Below, piece by piece: positions 57,916 through 64,000 of a stretch of 64,000 bases of DNA; position 1 is the first letter of the stretch, and each line of letters opens with the position of its first letter. Made by a program: the position numbers and the translations under genes. The DNA comes from an uncultured bacterium (GTDB lineage Bacteria > Zixibacteria > MSB-5A5 > UBA10806). The stretch is from the NCBI GenBank assembly GCA_965541585.1, contig CBEUCH010000003.1:1-64000 (forward strand). The letters run 5' to 3'. The notes under the pieces were generated by a model that was not told where the DNA came from, did no database searches, and saw only the letters and a program-made list of their open reading frames with translations.

Positions 57916-59310
57916 ATGTACGGAGCTAACGTAGGGTTGGAGATCGGCAAAAGGGCGCTTATGGCCCAGCAGTTATCCTTAAACCTCACGGGACACAATA
58001 TAGCCAATGTAAATACCCCGGGGTTTTCCCGTCAGAGCTCCATTATGGAAGCCAATATACCGATGGTTCTGCCGTTCGGCAGCGTTGGCACCGGTGTTGA
58101 TGTAGGCGATATACGCCGAATAAGGTCGTTATTTCTAGATCAACAATTCAGGAGTGAATCGCATAAGCTCGGCAAATGGAGGTTCTTAAACCAGACCTGG
58201 AGCCAGGTGGAATCGATCTACAACGAGCCCGAAGAGACCGGCCTCTCAGCCCTTATGGATAAGTTCTGGAATTCCTGGCAGGACCTGGCTAATAATCCCG
58301 AAAGCGAATCGGCCAGGGTGGCTGTTCGCGAACAGGCTTCCATACTGGTAAACTCGTTCCATCACCTCTCAACCCAGTTAAGAGATCTCAGAGAATCTCT
58401 CGATGCCGATATCAACACCATGGTGCAACAGACAAACAATATGGCCGCCCAGATAGCCGATCTAAATCAATCCATAGCTTCGGCGGAATTAACCGGGAAC
58501 ACCGCCAATGATCTCCGTGATAGGCGAGATTATCTGGTGGATCAGCTCTCACGATATGTGAATGTCGGCGTCCTGGAACAATCTAACGGATCGTACACCG
58601 TGTTTTTGGGCGGCATGGCGTTAGTCGACGGTTCCACGTCTCTTCAAATAGGGACCGAAACCCAATCCGGAGGAGCATCTGTAACAACCAGGATTTTCTT
58701 TCAGGGAACGGGGATCGATATTGAACACTCCGGCGGAGAGCTTGAAGGCATTCTCGAAGCCCGTGACACCATAGTCGTCGAGCGTCAGGCAGAGATGGAT
58801 CTGCTCGCCAGGGAGCTGGTGGTGGCAGTTAATGAAATCCACCGGGCAGGATATGGTCTGGGGGGCGACACGGATATCGATTTCTTCGATCCCGATACCA
58901 CTGGAGCAGCGGATATAGAACTTAATTCACTGATCCTGCAGGACGTCAATTATATCGCTGCCAGCCTGAATGGGGAAATCGGGGATAATTCGAACGCCCT
59001 GGCCCTGGCTTCCCTGAGGGAGACGCTCATACTGAAGAACGGCCAGGCGACCTTCAACGAATATTACTCATCTGTTATCGGTAAAATAGGGATAAAAGCA
59101 CAGGAGGCGCAAAATCTCGAGCAGAATCAGCTGGCGCTGATGTTCCAGATAGAAAATGCCAGGCAATCGACCAGCGGAGTATCCCTCGATGAGGAGATGG
59201 CAAATATGATCAGATATCAACATGCATTCGAGGCTGCCGCCAGGGTTATTTCGGCCATGGATTCGGCCCTCGATACGATCATTAACCGCATGGTTTCATT
59301 CACGGGCTAA
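57916..59310 (+). CDS. flgK: Hook-associated protein 1 FlgK
   Basis: GHNIANVNTPGFSRQ, NDLRDRRD, SGVSLDEEMANMI. Confidence 0.95.
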   Translation: MYGANVGLEIGKRALMAQQLSLNLTGHNIANVNTPGFSRQSSIMEANIPMVLPFGSVGTGVDVGDIRRIRSLFLDQQFRSESHKLGKWRFLNQTWSQVESIYNEPEETGLSALMDKFWNSWQDLANNPESESARVAVREQASILVNSFHHLSTQLRDLRESLDADINTMVQQTNNMAAQIADLNQSIASAELTGNTANDLRDRRDYLVDQLSRYVNVGVLEQSNGSYTVFLGGMALVDGSTSLQIGTETQSGGASVTTRIFFQGTGIDIEHSGGELEGILEARDTIVVERQAEMDLLARELVVAVNEIHRAGYGLGGDTDIDFFDPDTTGAADIELNSLILQDVNYIAASLNGEIGDNSNALALASLRETLILKNGQATFNEYYSSVIGKIGIKAQEAQNLEQNQLALMFQIENARQSTSGVSLDEEMANMIRYQHAFEAAARVISAMDSALDTIINRMVSFTG

Positions 59311-59341
59311 TGACGGATAGATCGGAAACAGGCAGATTCGG

Positions 59342-59590
59342 ATGTTGATTCTGGCAAGGAAATCGGGCGAGGCGATAGCGATCGGAGAGGATATAAAAAT
59401 AACAGTCCTGGGGATCCACGGTAAACAGGTGAAACTCGGAATTGCGGCTCCGGATAGAATCGCCGTTTATCGCGATGAGATTTTCAAAAGGATTCAGCAG
59501 GAAAATATCAGGGCTTCAATGTCAATGAAAGAGGATATCCAGGAATTGGCCAGGGTTGTAAAAGCCGGCAAGAATAGGAAAAAACAGTGA
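59342..59590 (+). CDS. csrA: Carbon storage regulator CsrA
   Basis: [29 protein letters not shown], with C-terminal extension typical of FliW-partnered CsrA. Confidence 0.95.
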   Translation: MLILARKSGEAIAIGEDIKITVLGIHGKQVKLGIAAPDRIAVYRDEIFKRIQQENIRASMSMKEDIQELARVVKAGKNRKKQ

Positions 59591-59788
59591 TATCCCGGAT
59601 GAAGCAAAGAATGGATCGAAAAATGAGCAATACAGAGTTTTTGCATCGGCCGATGTCTCGGACGCATTACGGGCGAACATCCCTGTGGAAGACGACCGGG
59701 GAAACCGTGAGTCCGGCCGGCATCCCTGACGATACGATAAAGTAGTCTGGCCGGAGATAAGGCAGAGATAGATTACCGGAGGAGTACC

Positions 59789-61702
59789 ATGCGTGTTACC
59801 ACGAATATGATAATAAATACGGTATCGAGAAATCTGGCTCTTTCCCAGGCCCGGTTTCTCAGACTCCAGACCATGGCCAGTTCCGGGCGGAGAATCAACA
59901 GGCCGTCCGATGATCCTATCGGAATTACCAAGGCTCTCGGCTTTCGCTCGACATTATCCGATATATCGCAATTCAGAAAAAATATAGATCAGGCCACTTC
60001 ATGGTTGGCCTTTTCAGACCAGGCGCTGGCAAACATCAATGAACTCATTATCGATGCCAAGGAAGTTGCCGTACAGCTTGCCAACGATACCTATGACGAT
60101 GCTGCCCGCGAGGGAGGAGCAGTCCAGATTCGAGATCTGTTCGACCAGATAATCGATGCTGCTAACACCAGGTTCGAGGGCAATTATATATTCTCAGGTA
60201 CGCGGACGAATATCAGGCCGTTTCTGGTGACGCCGATTGGAATCGTGTACCAGGGCGATTTTTCAAACATTCTGCTTGAAACGGAATCGTCGTCTCATCT
60301 TGCGATAAATAGTATAGGCGCGAATTTCCTCACCAATGCGGTTGGAACGCTGGGAGATGGCCATGACCTGAATCCGGGTCTGCAATCCAACCTGTGGCTC
60401 GATTACCTGAATAATGGCGAAGGAGTTGACCTCGGAGCGGGCCAGTTCACTCTAAGAACGCTAAACGGCGAGTTCAACATCGATGTATCGGCAGCGCGCA
60501 ACGTTCAGGATATTCTCGATGCTATTAATGGCTTGGGTATTCCGAACTTCACGGCCGGTATTAGCGATACGGTGGGCGGCTTTCGCTTCGAAGACAGTTC
60601 AGATTATCAGATTACGGCCAACACTCCCCTCGGAATTTTGAATCAAGGCCTGGGCGTCGATCAAACCGGTACCATTCGTTTTACCACGGGTGGAGGGACC
60701 ACTGTTGATGTCGATGTCTCCGCAGCCTCGAATCTGGGTGACGTTATTAATGAGATCAACAATCAGCTTGCTGCCGGAGGAATCAACAACGTTACGGCGT
60801 CAATTGACCCTGATAAGAATACTCTCGTAATCACCGATGCTAACCTGGCTCCCCTGAATATAACCATATCGGAGGGGGTTGCGGGCTCACAAACCGCGTC
60901 GGATCTGGGTCTGATAGGCGAAGTTATATCAATATTCGAAGGAGGGGATCTCAATCCATACTCAATGCAGGTCGTGGAAAGTGCCCCGGGCGAGAATACC
61001 GCGAAGTCACTCGGACTTTTGCATGGAACTTCTTACGGGACTCTGGAAGGCGACGACCTTAATCCCCAGCTTGCCTACTTTACCCTGCTTTCAGCCTTAA
61101 ATCACGGACAGGGATTTCCCCTGGGCAAGTTCAGGATAGCCAATGGAGATGATCAGCAGGATATCGACCTCTCAGTGTTAGCGTCCGATCCCGGCGCTAC
61201 TGTTATGGATGTCATAAACCTTATCAATTCCTCGGGCATCGATGTCGAGGCCAGGATAAATGATCAGCAGACGGGGTTGATCCTATTCTCTAATGTCGAG
61301 GGCCGTACATTGACGGTCATGGAAGCCGATGGTGGACGCACGGCCAAAGATCTCGGGATATTCGGTTCGCCCGACCTGCTGGGGAATATGATGGTTTTGG
61401 AAGATGCTCTCGAAAGAAACGACACCGAGGAGATAAATTTATGTCTGGAGATCTTTGACGATGCTCTGGATCGGATCCTGATTGAACGTGCTGATGTCGG
61501 CGCCAGAGTTAACAGAGGCGAGACCGCCTCCTACAGGCTCCTGTCTTTCGAAGTTCAGGTTACCTCTCAGCTCTCCAGGGTAGAAGATGCCGATATAACG
61601 AGGGTCATCACGGATATCGCATCTGCCGAGGCTGCCTATCAGGCCGCCCTGGCGTCGGCGGCCAGAATGCTTCAACCATCGTTATTGAATTTTCTAAGAT
61701 AA
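59789..61702 (+). CDS. flgL: Hook-associated protein 3 FlgL, enlarged (637 aa)
   Basis: MRVTT..SSGRRINRPSDDP, ANTRFEGNYIFSG, C-terminal QPSLLNFLR. Confidence 0.9.
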   Translation: MRVTTNMIINTVSRNLALSQARFLRLQTMASSGRRINRPSDDPIGITKALGFRSTLSDISQFRKNIDQATSWLAFSDQALANINELIIDAKEVAVQLANDTYDDAAREGGAVQIRDLFDQIIDAANTRFEGNYIFSGTRTNIRPFLVTPIGIVYQGDFSNILLETESSSHLAINSIGANFLTNAVGTLGDGHDLNPGLQSNLWLDYLNNGEGVDLGAGQFTLRTLNGEFNIDVSAARNVQDILDAINGLGIPNFTAGISDTVGGFRFEDSSDYQITANTPLGILNQGLGVDQTGTIRFTTGGGTTVDVDVSAASNLGDVINEINNQLAAGGINNVTASIDPDKNTLVITDANLAPLNITISEGVAGSQTASDLGLIGEVISIFEGGDLNPYSMQVVESAPGENTAKSLGLLHGTSYGTLEGDDLNPQLAYFTLLSALNHGQGFPLGKFRIANGDDQQDIDLSVLASDPGATVMDVINLINSSGIDVEARINDQQTGLILFSNVEGRTLTVMEADGGRTAKDLGIFGSPDLLGNMMVLEDALERNDTEEINLCLEIFDDALDRILIERADVGARVNRGETASYRLLSFEVQVTSQLSRVEDADITRVITDIASAEAAYQAALASAARMLQPSLLNFLR

Positions 61703-61712
61703 GGGGGATCTG

Positions 61713-62171
61713 ATGGAATTAAACGCCACGCGATTCGGTAACATAGAATACGATAAGTCGGATATCATCTGGATGGTGAGGGGATTTCTGGGATTTGAGC
61801 ACTTGAAGCGATTCATAGTGGTCTCCCTTGAAGGCCAGGAACCTTTCAAATGGTTCCAGTCTATTGAGGATCATAATATTGCTTTCCTTATGATCGATCC
61901 CATGTTTTTCAAGCCGGATTACGTGGTCGACATCACTCCCCAGGAGATAGCCTCTCTTCAGGCTTCCGCTCTGGAAGATATAGCGCTGTTTGTCCTGGTG
62001 TCGATTCCTGTCGGCCAGCCGGAAAAAATGTCGGCCAACCTGCAAGGTCCGCTGGCGATTAACATGAAAGACAACTGCGCCGCCCAACTTGTTTTAAGTG
62101 AAAGCGACTACGTCCCGGAACATTCCATATTTGAGGAAATTGAGAAGAGACTGGCAGAAGTGGCGACCTGA
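61713..62171 (+). CDS. fliW: Flagellar assembly factor FliW
   Basis: TRFG..GFLGFE..WFQS..ANLQGPLAIN. Confidence 0.93.
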   Translation: MELNATRFGNIEYDKSDIIWMVRGFLGFEHLKRFIVVSLEGQEPFKWFQSIEDHNIAFLMIDPMFFKPDYVVDITPQEIASLQASALEDIALFVLVSIPVGQPEKMSANLQGPLAINMKDNCAAQLVLSESDYVPEHSIFEEIEKRLAEVAT

Positions 62172-62261
62172 TGGACGTATCAAGATTCTGTGATAATATG
62201 ATTTCTTTCCGGACTATTGTAACATAATTGAAAAACAGATAACAAAATAAAAGGCCGAATT

Positions 62262-63959
62262 ATGTCAGAGATTGCAGATGTCAAGAATGCCGCCGGAGAA
62301 TCCCGGCAGGTTATTGCCAGATTGATGGATGAAGGCGATGAGGATCAGGCGTTAGAACAGCTTCAATCGCTCCTGAACGAAGAGCCTGATGATCCCGAAC
62401 TGCAGAATACGCTGGGTTCAATTCATGCCCGCAGGGGGGACTATGCTAAAGCGGAGTCGATATTCAATGAGGTAATCCGTCTGGATCCGGAATATGCGGA
62501 TGGATATTATAATCTGGGATTAGTGCACAGCCGTCAGAATCGTAAATCGGAGGCGGTGGAGAACTTCCTCCGGGCTGTAAAGATAAATCCGGGCGACTCC
62601 GCGGCGCACAACGATCTGGGAGCGATCTACCATTCCCAGGGGAAAACGCATCTCGCCAAAGGACACTTCATTAAGGCCCTGGAGGATAATCCTCTCTACA
62701 AGAGCGCTCTTTTGAACCTCTTCGAGGTTTGCTGGGACGACGGCGCTTATACCGAGGGCATGAGCTGGATAGAGAAATTCTTGAAAGCGGCTTCGGATGA
62801 CCAGAAGCCACCTGCAGACGATAATAGCGTCCCTCCGATATCGGAACCAATGACGATGGAGCAATCCGTCGCTCCTGACGCTTGTTCTTTTCCCGGAGCG
62901 AATACAAAAAGCACTCTGACCTTGAAGAAGAAACAATCGTCTCTGGGGGATGAACTGTTCTTAAAACACGTCCCGGAAGAATTGCGGGATAAGAAAAACG
63001 GCATCAATATCGCAGTGGTGGCCGACTTCAATATCGCCGGACAACTATCACTACTGTTCAGAATGATCAATCGCTACACGACTCATAAAGCCCGGCTGGT
63101 TATTCTTCAAGGGGATTACCTGTCGTACGATAGAGATCTGATACTTTCGTCCGGCGATCAGAATGATTATGAGGAAGCAGTCAGGGTGATTGAGAACGCC
63201 GATTTTTACCATATCGGGAGATTCCCCAAGAACTTCAACGATATTAACTGGGCGGGTATTCTGAAGCCCGATAACTGCCTGGTTCAATATTATGGTTCCG
63301 AGATGCGAAATAACGCCGCGCAGATATACAAGTGGCATTCCGAAAATAAGATAGCCGGGTTATCGGCCTGGGATTATACGATGATCGAGAAGGCCCCGCT
63401 CTTTTACCATGTAAATATGATGTGCGATTTCTCTCGCATAAAGCAGTGCTCGCCGCCCAGGGACGTTATAAGAATCTGCCATCCGCCGACCAACCGGCAG
63501 TTCAAAAAGACCGATATGCTGCTTGACGCCTTCGAAAAGCTGAAACAGAGATATCCTGTCGAGCTTGAGCTTATAGAGGGAAAATCAAACGAGGAATGTC
63601 TTGATATCAAGAGCCGATGCCATATCACTTTCGATCAGGTCTCGGTCGGCATTTACGGGCTCTCGGCTATAGAATCGATGGCGGCCGGGCATGCGGTGCT
63701 CAGCGGAATCTCCAATTTTGCCGCCAGCTACCATCCCGATAATCCCGTCGTTTACGTCACCGGGGAGAATCTTTACGATAAGCTGGAAAGCCTCCTCAAG
63801 AGCAGAAAAGAAATTACAAGGGTCGGCAATAGCAGCAAGATCTGGGCGCGAGTGCATCACGACCCGATGAAGATTATTCGCCAGTATCTCTGGATGTACG
63901 ATTTCGTTTTGCATGGTCACAGGTACGCGGAAGACCCGAATTCGTATCTGTTAAGCTAG
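62262..63959 (+). CDS. TPR-repeat plus GT-B (family 4-like) glycosyltransferase
   Basis: N-terminal TPRs; HPPTNRQFKKT, FDQVSVGIYGLSAIESMAAG. Confidence 0.8.
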   Translation: MSEIADVKNAAGESRQVIARLMDEGDEDQALEQLQSLLNEEPDDPELQNTLGSIHARRGDYAKAESIFNEVIRLDPEYADGYYNLGLVHSRQNRKSEAVENFLRAVKINPGDSAAHNDLGAIYHSQGKTHLAKGHFIKALEDNPLYKSALLNLFEVCWDDGAYTEGMSWIEKFLKAASDDQKPPADDNSVPPISEPMTMEQSVAPDACSFPGANTKSTLTLKKKQSSLGDELFLKHVPEELRDKKNGINIAVVADFNIAGQLSLLFRMINRYTTHKARLVILQGDYLSYDRDLILSSGDQNDYEEAVRVIENADFYHIGRFPKNFNDINWAGILKPDNCLVQYYGSEMRNNAAQIYKWHSENKIAGLSAWDYTMIEKAPLFYHVNMMCDFSRIKQCSPPRDVIRICHPPTNRQFKKTDMLLDAFEKLKQRYPVELELIEGKSNEECLDIKSRCHITFDQVSVGIYGLSAIESMAAGHAVLSGISNFAASYHPDNPVVYVTGENLYDKLESLLKSRKEITRVGNSSKIWARVHHDPMKIIRQYLWMYDFVLHGHRYAEDPNSYLLS

Positions 63960-64000
63960 GAGGCGTGTTGCCACTTTTCGGCAAAAATATTTTCATCTCC

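Noticed and set aside
59789..61702. Flagellin (fliC)
   Set aside because: Termini (MRVT.., SDDP, YIFSG, SLLNFLR) are FlgL-type, not flagellin-type.

Overview
Bacterial DNA, probably from an FCB-group organism such as candidate Zixibacteria; this is inferred from the NYPNPFN-type secretion C-terminal domains and a stand-alone dockerin-like protein. Left end (1-6860): accessory DNA. Two secreted beta-helix proteins are followed by a tandem integration scar. The scar consists of two collinear 181-bp repeats, each ending in the 3' half of a tRNA-Leu(UAA), enclosing a decayed tyrosine-integrase stub and one AT-rich asparagine-synthase-like gene. From 6.9 kb to the end is a large flagellar locus. 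It includes an Rsb-like partner-switch trio, a kinase plus sigma54 activator, motAB, flgBC-fliEFGHIJ, motE-like/fliK/flgD/TIGR02530-like/flgE/flbD/fliLMNOPQR/flhBAFG/fliA, a block of degenerate signalling proteins, flgFGAHIJNK-csrA-flgL-fliW and a TPR-glycosyltransferase. A 6.5-kb reverse-strand block (dockerin protein plus two IPTL-CTERM proteases) sits between fliJ and the motE-like gene. Four sigma54 promoters and at least one sigma28 promoter are visible. No flgM, flagellin, fliD or che genes were recognised in the window. Most interesting: (1) a structured RNA between a putative RNase-fold flagellar gene and the flgE start, (2) the tRNA-Leu tandem mini-island with attP-like architecture, and (3) small flagellar ORFs ending in a FliK-like C-terminal peptide.
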